A stretch of DNA of 64,000 bases from Basidiobolus meristosporus CBS 931.73 (lineage: Eukaryota; Fungi; Basidiobolomycota): contig MCFE01000101.1 of NCBI GenBank assembly GCA_002104905.1, positions 1 through 64,000 on the forward strand, in the 5' to 3' direction. A model generated the notes under the pieces. That model was not told the origin of the DNA. It saw nothing but the letters and a program-made list of their open reading frames with translations, and did not search any database. Shown piece after piece: positions 28,084 to 39,770 of this stretch; within the stretch, counting starts at the first letter, position 1; each line of letters starts with the position of its first letter. A program made the position numbers and the translations under genes.

Positions 28084-31000
28084 ATGAGTAATCCACATAC
28101 CTGCCCACATCTTTCGACACAACATTTCGCTCCACCCTCGGTTTACACCGCGGTTTATAAGGATGAATGCACTCTGTGCTTTGAGTCACAGGTAGTTTCT
28201 TGGTTTGTTCCAACCATAATTCGGCCCGAGCTTACATGAAATACTAGGATTCTGAAGCTGGCATCGATGTTTGCTTAACATGTTTCAATGGCGGCTGTGT
28301 TGCCGACAACCACGGCACACTTCACTTCAATAAAACTCAGCATCCCATTGTGTTGAATCTCCGACGGATCCCCATCGAAAGGGCAAAGCGGGTAAGCTAG
28401 CAGGACAGGCTTACCTAGTTATCGAGAAAGGCCGATCGAATTAAGAGCTGTTTGTTTAGTTGGATTCACCACCCCCTAACAAGATGAGTAAGCTCGCGAT
28501 CGTTCCCGAGAATGAAGAGGATAAATACGAAACGTTGTCCAAGATCAAGTGTCATGCTTGTGGCGATGTCGAGATCAATGCTGAGGATAATGTAAGTCAG
28601 AGTTGGATATGCTATCTTCTCTCAAACAACAGGAAGGCTGATTTGCACCTTTTGAAATGTTAATAGGTTTTACCGACTGTAGAGGCCGTTCTAAACTCAC
28701 TCTCCTCTTCAAAGCAATCCGAGGTTAAAGCCTGGGAGGAAGAGATTGTTTCTTGTCAACACACTCAAGGTCTTGTTCAAGAAGAAGGCAGACAGCTCGA
28801 AGCACAATGTATGTTTTTTCCAAACAACCTATCCAATTATTCGTTATTAAAATTGGTGCCTAAAATAGCGATGGCAAGTTGTCAAGCCTGCGATTTGAAG
28901 GAGAATTTGTGGCTTTGCCTTACGTGTGGAAGTCTTGGTTGTGGTCGTAAGCAGTTTGATGGCAGTGGTGGCAATGGTCATGGGCTTCAACATTTCCAAG
29001 AGACTGGTCATGGAATCAGTTGCAAGCTTGGTACTATTACCCCAGAAGGGACGGCAGGTGCAGTTTGGTAGATAGTTTGAGCTCAACATGATCAATGAAA
29101 CTAAAATATCTATGCTAGATATTTACTGCTACCTCTGTGACGATCAGCGAATTGACCCTTGCTTGAGTCAGCATTTGGCCCATTTTGGAGTCGATGTCGC
29201 CGACTCTAGAAAGACTGAAAAGAGCATGGCAGAGCTGGTAAGTGATGATCCGTTGACCTCAATCACCCAAGGTCGATGGAAGATGCTCACATGACTTTCC
29301 ACAGCAACTCGAGCAAAACCTCAAGTTTGACTTCAGTATGGTCACGGAAGATGGAAAGCAATTGGAGCCAGTTTTTGGCCCAGGATTCACTGGACTCAAG
29401 AATCTAGGCAACAGGTATGTGGCCCAGTGCACGGCATGATGTATGGCCTTTGGAAATCTCATACACACGATATCTTAGCTGCTATATGAGTTCTGTGTTG
29501 CAATCAGTTTTCGCGCTGGATCCCATTGCGGCGAGGTGAATTTTCACATCATTGTAGTTTACTGGGCATTACTAATCGGAGGCTTGCAGATATACTTCTA
29601 TGATCCATGAGCATCGGATGCGCTGCCAGAATGAAGCAGCTAGTTGTTTCCAATGCCAGATGTGTAAATTAGCCGATGGGCTGCTCTCAGGGAAATACTC
29701 CAAGCCTGTAGAGATTGAGGGAGACAAGCAGGGCCAGAAAGGTATCCCTCCTTCAATGTTCAAATCCTTAATTGGCAAAGGGCATCCGGAGTTTTCAACC
29801 ATGAGACAACAGGTACTTCAGATCAGTTGATCATCCATGTAGTTCATTGGCCACAACTCTTGCAATACCAGGATGCTTTTGAATTTTTCCAACATCTGCT
29901 CAAGACAATGGAGCAGAAAGAGCGCAACGTCGAGATGGGAGACCCATCGTTGAATTTCAAGTTCAATATGGAGCAGCGATTGGAATGTTTGAAGTGCCAC
30001 AAAGTGAGGTACTCCAAGGAGGTCACCAGCTCACTTACTATCCCTACGCCAATTCGCAAAGTGGGCGAATCCACCGACGAAGGTGTTCAGTACGAACCGG
30101 TAACTCTGGATGAGTGCCTAAACTCTTTTGTCACTGAGAACCATGTTCCTGATTACAACTGCCCCAATTGCCAAGAGAAGACATCGGCCTCTACGTAAGT
30201 TGCTTGCATTTGTAGTGCTCTTGTACACCCGACCAACTGAAATCACAGATGCAACAAATTCTCCACGTTCCCTGACGTTTTGATCGTGAATATTCGCCGC
30301 TTCGAGTACGAGAACTGGGTTCCCAAGAAAATCAGTAAGACTGTAATGCAGCTATGACAGGGTGAGTGCTACTGGCTAACTACAGGATTTGTGCAGACGT
30401 TCCAGTTGTGGTGAACCAAGAAGAAACCTCCCTCGATGGTTACAAGAGCCTGGGGCAACAGCCCAATGAAGAGCTTTTGCCTGAAGTCAGCGAGGCCGCG
30501 TCTGGTAAGCGTTTTTAATGGTGCTGGTTGATTTCGTTCTCTAACGTCAATTGCAAAGCACCTGAGGTCGATCCGAATGCACTAGATCAGCTATTATCCA
30601 TGGGTTTCCCAGAGGTCAGATGTCGCAAGGCGCTAATCAACACCGGTAACAATGGGGCTGAGATTGCCATGAATTGGTTGTTTGAACATATGGAAGATCC
30701 CGGTAAGTGGCGATCCCCATAATAAGCTGTTTGTTCCAGGCATTTACCTATTGAGCTAGATATCGATACCCCGTTGGAGACCGCTGCTGCTACCGATACA
30801 TCCGAATCCTCTGACGCGGATATCCAAATGCTTACAGAGATGGGCTTCACACCTGCACAGGCAAAGAAAGCACTGAAAGAAACCGTAAGACGCATAAGAA
30901 CATTTAAACTTCGCACGTGAGTTCTGATCTTTTGCTTATCCAGCAAAATAACATGGAGCGAGCAGTGGAGTGGCTATTCAGCCATTCGGAGGATATTATG

Positions 31001-31298
31001 GATGAAGACAGCACTGAAGAGCCTCAGACCACCAAAGAGCCAGGCAGTATGTTGTCTTTTCTGAGGATTTATTTCATTTGTTTTCCTATTTAACAACGTG
31101 TTCCTAGATGGTGAATTGCCAGCGAAGTACAAGCTGTCTTCGTTTATATCACATAAGGGCACTTCAGTTCACTGTGGCCATTATGTAGCTCATGTGCGTA
31201 AGGAGAATCAGTGGTATTTGTTCAATGACGAAAAGGTGGTGGCCACCCCCAACCCACCTATTGATGAAGCGTATATTTATGTTTTCCGGAGATGTTAA
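28084..31298 (+). CDS. UBP14: Ubiquitin-specific protease USP5/Ubp14 (ZnF-UBP, two UBA domains), multi-exon
   Basis: VYKDEC..CF; LWLCLTCGSLGCGRKQFDG; Cys box GLKNLGNSCY; UBA LLSMGFPEVRCRKAL; His box HKGTSVHCGHYVAH. Confidence 0.93.
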
Positions 31299-31456
31299 TT
31301 CAGCGTAGTCTGCCAATAAAAGTCAGTAATCAATGGCACTGCTATTCTTATGTATGGGCTTTGCCTCCACCAATTCATTTCGGTAGAAGAAAAGCCCACT
31401 CAATGCCTATTAAGGAGTGGCCAGCAGCACAACATTCCACACAAATCAGAATTCTA

Positions 31457-32014
31457 ATGGATTACCAAACGAAGGGCAAGGGCCATTCCAAGCGACAAAG
31501 TCTGTATCGACTATCAAGAACTTTCGGCCACCTCACTGCAAAGCCGATCTCTGCCCCGAAGAAGATGCTGCTTTATTTCGTTTATGCGCTGGCAATAGCG
31601 GGGATGCTATTGTTTGGGTATTTTAGTAGTCGAGTCCCTTTGCGCGACTTCATATCCCTCCTGGTGGTTTGTACCGTCATCCCAGCCATTGCATTAACCG
31701 TGGTCAGTACTCGGACGAGAGGCGAAGTTATTATCATTATTAATTGATGCGATCAACAGGTGCATTTTTTGGAGTCTAGCAAAGAAAATGACTGGGAAAT
31801 CGAGGTTATGTTCGATGCCCATGGCTCGAAGCCCTCCTCTCCGCCCACACCGCTTCCTCAAGTGCTCACGTTTGCCCATCGGACTGGAACCAATGCCGAT
31901 ATGTGTACCATCTCTTTAAACTCAGATGATGCCAACTCTCCGGTCGACGGGAAGCGGGATAGGAGAGGTGAAATGACTGAGCCCCAGAAAGCCAAACACA
32001 CACACAGTCAATAA
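31457..32014 (+). CDS. Hypothetical two-TM protein; probable intron 31703-31759
   Basis: Two hydrophobic helices in ORF 31292..31747. A GTCAGT...CAG intron of 57 nt joins them in frame to ORF 31760..32014. No recognisable family. Confidence 0.4.
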
Positions 32015-32449
32015 ACCCACTCTTTCGGCACGTGGCTGAAGTGATAGAGGATGTACTCTCCATGTTCCCCTGTCCATTAGCTCATGTAACAATGCAGCCC
32101 GAGCCTAGACTGGCAGCAAACCCTTGTTGAGGAATACCCACTCTTGTTGCCAGGACTCGTTGAATCCATATCTGGCAGTTACGATGTGAAGGAAATAAAT
32201 TAAAAGTGCATAGCAAGTACATCACAAGCACATCCCTATATTTGGTGAAACGTAATTTCGCTCCTACGGCGTGATTGGCCTTATCAACGTAGCAGCCCAA
32301 CAAGTCCCAATAATGCCTTAAAAAGTCGAATTGCTTGGCACTTTAATTTCCAGTTCCAACATGTTTAATAGACTGGCTCTCTAATGCAACACATGTTTAA
32401 TGCTATTTTATTGTGGTTTAGTATGCACGTATGCACTTGTGAATGTCTC

Positions 32450-32523
32450 GAATCTACCTATTCCTACCCATACTTATTCCCTACCTGAATCTGTCTATTC
32501 CTACCCGTACTTATTCCCTGCCT
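32450..32523. repeat. 37-bp tandem duplication in the RasGEF promoter
   Basis: gaatctacctattcctacccatacttattccctacct / gaatctgtctattcctacccgtacttattccctgcct (4 mismatches). Confidence 0.85.
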
Positions 32524-32748
32524 TCGCTCCCTTTCCAATCCATTTCTTTTCTTTGCAAGCCCTCTAACGCCTGCCATTCTAATCGTGGTAAAGAGTAGCA
32601 CTGGGTTCCGCCCAGAAAATACTTGCCACTCCCTTATATCATTCGCATAACTTAGAACACCCCTTACTTCCCTTTCCAAAAGCGGGTTAAGTATGTCTTA
32701 GTGAGCATACGCTCATGTTAGGTATACAAATAAGAGCCACACGCCAAG

Positions 32749-35700
32749 ATGAGTGATCAATATAACAATCGATATAGCTGCCCAGCATTCAACAAAGAGC
32801 TTAAACAAGAATTCCTGTATGACTTACCAAAGCAGTTAAACATATCCCATTCTTCTACAAGTAAAAGTGTTGCTTCCATGCCAGAGCATGCTAAGGCGAC
32901 CACGCCGACCCCACTGTTTGCCGCCACCCTTTCGTATTCACCTAATATCCGCGCTCATGAGCGTAGTGTAGCCAGCTCTTCCAAGCAGCATATAGAGCAC
33001 TCGCCCTCAGTTAGTGGCGTTCATTCCAACCTGAGGACAAACGACCCACCCACCTCGCTTCACGAAGGCCACTCTTCTGACTCTGAAGTAGAGGATAGCC
33101 CAGTGAAATCCCAATTGTCTCCCTCCTCTTCCTTCAGTTCCTCCTCAAGAAAGACCACCACCCTACGCACTCGTACTCGTCCTATTCCGCTTAACCTTTC
33201 TGGCTCAATTAGAAGCTTTTCTGACGCTCCAAAGTCCGGGTCCTTCTCTAAGCGGTGGAAGAAAGGGGCACCGACCCCTCCAGGAACTCCAACAAAGCAT
33301 CATTTTGCAGTCAGGTATGTTCGGCCCCTCCACACAGTGCTAGGAAAGCCACAGGACCACGGCTCGGATAAGTAACCCCCAGTTTTTACGCTAGAGGGCC
33401 AAAGTCGAAACTCAAGGCCGTAGTGAAGTCTAATACTGGTTGTCCCAGCCCACTCTCGGCAAAATACTCCCGGTTCGCCCAAAACTCCCCCATTGCCAAC
33501 TCCTTTAATCATGAGGCGATATCGGAGTCCAGACCCACTCGACGCCGTCACAATTCCATGGTGATGCCACATACCAAGGAGTATGAGCGGCTGGCCAATC
33601 TGTTTGGCTGGCGAGGCGAAGAGATCAAGCAAAGCAAGTGGGAGTTCATCATTGCCCCTTCCGACGAGGATCAGGAAGCCAAAACCAAACTTCGTGTTGT
33701 GAATCCATGGAGGAAGCCATCCAAAAAGTAAGCAACCCACTTTCTTGTGCCACATGGGTGCATGCCACTGATAAGTAGTTTTCCTTGCACAGCTCGTTGA
33801 AGGAGAGGATATTTGTGCCGAGTGGTTCGCGTGAGCTGGATGACGACGAGCAGTCAGAGCGAAAGATCTCGATTTCATTTACTCAATTCGACCGCATCCC
33901 TCAGAAGACAGCTGGCCCGAATACCTCCAAGACCTCCATACCCATCTCCAGGCCAGTGTGCCGGTTGTCTTTTGGTGAAGACAACCTAGACCCAAGTATA
34001 TTTGACCCGGTAAAGTCCGATGACAATCCCACTCTGATCGTCTGGTCGGAGGATCAATCGCCGCAGGACGTACCAACCAAGAAGTCTCTTCAACGTCGGT
34101 TCAGTGTTGGCAATAGCGAGGCCAGGCTGCTGACTGTTTCGGAATCCCGCAAAACCATCATGTTCGCTACGCTGGAGAAGTTGATTGAAAACCTGACCGT
34201 CGATATCGACTACAGCCTGTTGACCGACTTCTTCTTGACCTATCGCTCATTCACCTCCCCACTGAAGCTTTGCCACCTGATGATCCTGCGATACCAGTGG
34301 GCCTTGCTCGAAGATACCCAGGAGAGGTGGATTGTGCGGATACGGTTGTTTGTTGTGCTGAGACATTGGATAATCAATTACTTCTCCTTGGACTTCCTAA
34401 CCTCCAGGGAGCTACGCGAGACTCTGGCAAGTTACTTGGTGAGCCTCACATCTTCCCTCCCTGTGCTGCGCTCGTCCAGAGACCAAAGGGTTGTTTTCGG
34501 CCTTCTCCGTATCATGCGCAGCCTGACCGTATATTACCGGTATGGTGTTCCCCCGTTGGACGATAGTGGTATTACCACGTTCGTTGCCGACAACATAGAG
34601 GAGGCCCGGGAGGATTTCTGGGGGATCAAGATCCCCGAGGAAGAAATGTTGCTGGAGCAGATTGCTACGTACTCGGCCAGAACCTCCGAAGAGATGGGCC
34701 CCACAGACGGCTCGAAGTTACGCAAGGCCGAGTCCGAGCCCTTGTTCAAGGAAGCTGCCACCAGAGAGGAGAGCAGATCCATGCTTCGGAACGTGTTGCT
34801 CTCTCAGCAGAAGCAGAAGGAGGTCGGAATGGAGAGGTCGAAGAAACTGATCATGAAGCAGTTCTCCTCGGCAAGTTTAAGACGCGTTCGGTCCGTGTTA
34901 AAGGGAAATGGCGACAAGCAGACACGGGCGCCAGCGAAGCCAAATGTTCCTGTGCCCAACAATCCTTCGGACCAGAATACTCCATTCCCCTCGGCCTACG
35001 GTGATCTGTTGGCCCCATCGACTCCGCCCAAAACCCAGCAGCCCAGCGACGAGGAGTTTCCCCATCTCCAGAGCAAACCATCAACCAGGAAGCCAAAGTT
35101 TGGTTTCCTGTCCACCCTCAGACGTCAAAAGAAGCCCACCTCCGTAAGCCCGATTACTACCCCAGAGATGTCCCCGGATTCCTCCGTCAATTCTACGCCG
35201 TACTCTTCCTTATCGGCGTCAACAATACCTTCGCGAATATCGGCAGATTCATTGTTCGAGTACCTGCCAAAGATCCCGGCGTTTGAACCGCTGCAATTCG
35301 ATCAGGAAATCTCCACCGCGGACAGTGTGGACCCAGCCAACAGGGCTGACAATCCACGCGATAGTAAGGATCATGAAGTAGACAATGATAAGGATGACGC
35401 CTCAGTGATCATCCATAGTTGTATTGATGAGGCGCCTCGAGAGAAGGTGGTCTCCGCCCCATCATCAAGCACTAACCAGCCGCGCCAAAAATGCCAGTCA
35501 GCCCCTCCGGCCAGCATATCACAGTACCCGCCGATCTCCAGAGGGTATCATACCAAAAAGCGCGTCTCGTTGCCTCCGAAGACCAACATCAATCTAACGG
35601 AGCCAAGGGCGACGAAGCTTACCATCCGCAGGTCCATGTCCTCGTACATATCCAAGAACAAGTCCCCGTCTTTCGCGAAGCTCCACACCTACCCGAAAGT

Positions 35701-37184
35701 GAATCCCTCCTCTGCCGACGTGACTCGGGCCTTCGTCACGAACACCATCGGGAAGTTTGCGCGTGTGCGACGAGCCGTTCACGAGAACTTGAAGCACAAG
35801 AAGAACGATGACACGGACTCTGAGGATGCCGAGTGCGCTGGGTGTGACTATTGTCGCGAATACAATCAGCACCCAGGCCTTGAGCAGGCTTCGCCCCAGC
35901 TTGCATCCAACGTCAAGGAGATCTCGGAGAATGCTTTGTGTTTCCAACAGCTCGACCCGGTCAAGCAGGGTCGCAGCCGACTCCAGCCATCCAGCGGTGG
36001 CGTTGGATCCATGGAAAGCCTTGGGGAGCAACGGAGAAGTGTCGATGTGCAGCCAGCCATCCCGGCAGGGTTCTGCCCTACTCCTGGTTCGCATACCCCT
36101 CACCAAAATCCTCTGCTCAGCACCGCCTTACCCACGGCAAAGAACTTTGTATCACGGACCGTTCCTCGTGTGCTGCCCAAGAAACTCCCTCGCTCCTTCA
36201 TCCTCAAGTATCGGTCGGAAATCTTGGCCCAGAACTTCACACTGATTGAGCGAGACATCCTCAACGGTGTTGTCTGGGAAGAGTTGATCAAGTGGAGCAA
36301 AAACGCCGGCCAAGAGAAATCCATCCGAGGGATCCAGAACCTGATTGAGAGGTTTAATCAGGTGAGAGCAGTCCGTTCCCGTTCCCGTTCTCGTTCCCGT
36401 TCTCGTTCCCGGAGCCAGCGACCATGGACTAACCGTATCCCTTCATTTTTTAGACCTGCCAGTGGGTAGTGTCCGAGATCGTTTCCACCAGAGATATTTC
36501 GATGCGCGCGAAAGTGATCGAGAAATTCATCCGAATCGCCCTGGTACGGTTCCGTGACATTCCTTGTTGTTCTCCACCCTTCAGCTCACCCTTCGGATTC
36601 CCTAGAAATGCTATCAGCATCGAAACTTTGCCACCGTCACCCAGCTTACCCTGGGCCTGCAGAATCCCGTGGTAGACCGGCTACACAAGACATGGTCCCG
36701 GGTGGGATTGTACGAACTTCGCCTCCTGGCTGATCTTGAACGCTTCACCCAGCCCTTCAAGAACTGGAAGCACATCCGGGAAGCCATGCATGTCATCAGC
36801 GAGGACTGGGGAGGGGATGGTGGCGAGGAGTCGGCTTTCCCGTCGGAAACCTCCCCGAACTCCATTGGCGGGTGCATCCCATTCCTGGGCCTGTTTCTAT
36901 CCGACCTGGTGTACAACTCGGAGCTCCCGTCCACCGTGGAGCCTGAGTCCCTCAGCAGCCGATCCCAATCCCAATCCAACGACACGTCCCGGGAGAAGAT
37001 CCGACTCATCAACTTCCACAAGTTCCGTACCTGCGCCAAGATCATCAAGAGGGTGTTGGCTTTCCAGGCGCTTGCCCAGAGATACCCGTTCCAGTACGAC
37101 CCCATCGTCTATTCGAAATGCCTGAACCTCCATTGTCTGGATAATGTCTCGGTACGCATACTGAGCACGGAGTGCGAACCCTAG
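32749..37184 (+). CDS. LTE1: RasGEF with REM and CDC25 domains and a long low-complexity linker, Lte1-like (4 introns)
   Basis: REM: ATLEKLIENLT...LLTDFFLTYRSF...IVRIRLFVVLRHWIINYF. GEF: LAQNFTLIERDIL...RFNQTCQWVVSEIV...GCIPFLGLFLSDL. The Lte1 assignment is from recalled motif similarity. Confidence 0.75.
36374..36409 (+). repeat. (CGTTCY)6 hexamer microsatellite inside RasGEF intron 36362-36453
   Basis: cgttcc cgttcc cgttct cgttcc cgttct cgttcc. Confidence 0.9.
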
Positions 37185-37457
37185 TCCCAATTCCCCTTCC
37201 CGTATAGATAGAATAACCTGTAGATTCCCCTTTCGTATGTAGAGCGCTGACCCCCCCCTCGTGTATTATGTAGTATATCAAATATATGTGTCGTCCCATC
37301 CCAGTTTCATTTCATCTGAGGTGACCCGGCCTAGAGTGACCAAACCCAATACGCACCATGATTCAATGTTTGGCTTCCGATTCCAGGAGCGGCGGGGAGA
37401 CAAAGGGCCCGCAATCCATAAATAATCCTCAGCGCGATCAACCCCCTCATAGACCAC

Positions 37458-38033
37458 ATGCCTTCCTTGCAGCTCCTCCTTCTCTGCCTTCTCGTCGTGG
37501 GCTCAGCGTCCGCTCAGAAAACGAACTCCACCCTGCCGAACACCAGGGAGTGCCAGACCTGTATGCAAAACCTCCCGCCCGGGTGTGTACAGTCCATCAC
37601 CACCGGGACACCGGAATCCGGGTCGAAATGCGTCTGCAGCAACGGGTACGTGAACAATTTCTCCAGCTGCGGTGTTTGCTCCCAGCAGTATGCCGGGGTG
37701 TCCAAGACCGTGATCCCCACGGACGCCGACAAGCAACGACTCATCAAGAATTGTGCCAGTGATGGGGCCTCCATCGCGAATGCCACCGGTTCCGCCACTC
37801 TGTCGAACAGTACCTCCACCTCCACCTCCACTACCGCCATCTCCTCTACTCTCTCGGCCACCACTGCTCCAGCCGCTCGAAGTCCCTCTGTCGGGAGATC
37901 TCCATCCGCATCCGGAGCTACATCTGTGCCCACCACCACTCTCGCCTCCGATGGCTCATCCTTGACAGTGCTGTTGGGCTATTTGTGGGTAGGCCCTCTT
38001 GTCTGGACCATACTGGCGCAGAGTTTTGAATAG
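37458..38033 (+). CDS. Secreted 8-Cys, Ser/Thr-rich, probably GPI-anchored surface protein, 191 aa
   Basis: Signal peptide; CxxC...C...CxC...CxxC...C; S/T-rich stalk; hydrophobic C-terminus after DGSS. Confidence 0.8.
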   Translation: MPSLQLLLLCLLVVGSASAQKTNSTLPNTRECQTCMQNLPPGCVQSITTGTPESGSKCVCSNGYVNNFSSCGVCSQQYAGVSKTVIPTDADKQRLIKNCASDGASIANATGSATLSNSTSTSTSTTAISSTLSATTAPAARSPSVGRSPSASGATSVPTTTLASDGSSLTVLLGYLWVGPLVWTILAQSFE

Positions 38034-38946
38034 GATAGAATAGAGAGACCCCTCCCTCGACCATGTCTCGTCGAGCTGGTATCCAAAATAAATCGCTGAC
38101 TACCAAATATGCCTCTACCAGATGGCCTTTTCATTAGGATCTGGCGAGATGATCCCAGGTGTAGGCAATAAGACAGTCAGGGGGAAGTGCAGTGATACAG
38201 CTTTCCAGAAATGTCTCCCCCCCCTCGAAATCAACGAGATTCCATCTCTTGTTTCACCCACCACCCTCAATCCACCACAGTAAGGGGCAGTGTTGGAGGA
38301 CAGTATAGTAAGGAATACCTACACTCTTGGTCAATGTTGTGTTCACTAAGCAATCTGTCCGCTATATGCTGCTGGATGAAAATTGCTTGATATCTGGCAT
38401 CTTTCCACCAGAAAAGCTGCCAAAAGCCGCAGTCGATTTTGCCGCTACACCTAAAGATCAACATTGATCCGTCAGTTTAGATCCCAGTCTATGAACCTGG
38501 TTGTTTCCGGATTGAATCCTCTGCTGGGCTTTACCACAAGCTCTATGAAAGATTTCAGGAATGGAACTCATCTGATAACCTGCCGGTATCCTACTGGTAT
38601 TCTGATGGTGTTTTGCAGGCATTCAACTGGTGTTTTTCCTTCATAGTTTTAGTTACAATATCTGAATGAAGTAGTATGTAGCTGATAACCAGATTTGGTA
38701 CAGATCCTAGTTGGCCTATTCCCCCTTCCAGAAAATATATCTACTTGTCTGCCAAACAGCTAATTCTTGAGATATTGCAAGCTCCAAGCTCAGAGTATAC
38801 TTGGAATTTGGCTGATATTAGGACAGTATTCTGCTGGCCTTTGCTTAATCTGTCTACTTGGAGAAAATTTACATTCATGCTTTGGGCCCTCCTAAGCATG
38901 TTCTGTATCCTACTTGAGTACAGATAAATCTTTCACACCAACTTAT

Positions 38947-39278
38947 TGTTGTAAAAATTTGGAATTCCACCTAAATATTCACCTAACTTAGTCACTTAGA
39001 TCATTACCCTCAAATCCTAGAGAATACTGGCCAAATTCCTTGTTGGGATTTACTTAGAATATTTACTCAGAACATGAAAATTAGATAAGTTGTCCAAACA
39101 GCCCCAAACTTTGCACGCATGTTCTTGGGACCTTCCTTAACCTATTCTACATGTTTGTAATGCCAAGACCAGGTAAAAGTATAAATACTACTTTTACATT
39201 CATTAAATCATTTAGTGAAAACCATGTAATCTACTTGTTCTCCCAATCACTTCCAATATCTCCAAAACTCTTACAACA
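38947..39278 (+). mobile_element. Solo LTR of copia family A with 5-bp TSD CTTAT
   Basis: TGTTG...CAACA ends; homologous to 39391-39739 with a 17-bp internal deletion; CTTAT at 38942-38946 and 39279-39283; no PBS follows. Confidence 0.92.
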
Positions 39279-39739
39279 CTTATCACTTACCAGAATCCAA
39301 ATAATCTGCCCACACTCCCAATACTCCTCAAATATGAAAGAGACTTACTACAAGTTATGATCATCCATGCCATTGCTTAGTGGAAGAACCTGTTGTAAAA
39401 ATTTGTATTTCCATCTAAATATTCACATAACTTAGTCACTTAGATCATTACCTTCAAATCCTAGAGAATACTGACCAAATTCCTTGTTGGGATTTACTTA
39501 GAATATTTTCACCAAAATACCAGGTACCCAGAACATGAAAATTCTCAAAGCTGTCCAAACAGCCCCAAACTTTGCACACATGTTCTTGGGACCTTCCTTA
39601 ACCTATTCTACATGTTTGTAATGCCAAGACCAGGTAAAAGTATAAATACTACTTTTACATTCAATAAATCATTAAGTGAAAACCACATAATCTACTTGTT
39701 CTCCCAATCACTTCCAATATCTCCAAGACTCTTACAACA

Positions 39740-39751
39740 GGTTATGAGCCC
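39740..39751 (+). other. Primer-binding site GGTTATGAGCCC (half-tRNAiMet type); also at 47083-47094 and 63353-63364
   Basis: Directly abuts the 5' LTR; reverse complement GGGCTCATAACC is the anticodon stem-loop of initiator tRNA-Met, as in Ty5 and Drosophila copia. Confidence 0.85.
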
Positions 39752-39770
39752 CAAGCTGTCACTCTCTGCA

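Noticed and set aside
39151-39360. Recurrent ORF MFVMPRPGKSINTTF... (also 39612, 43949, 46955)
   Set aside because: It recurs only because it lies inside the LTR, starts at GTG in some copies and has different ends.
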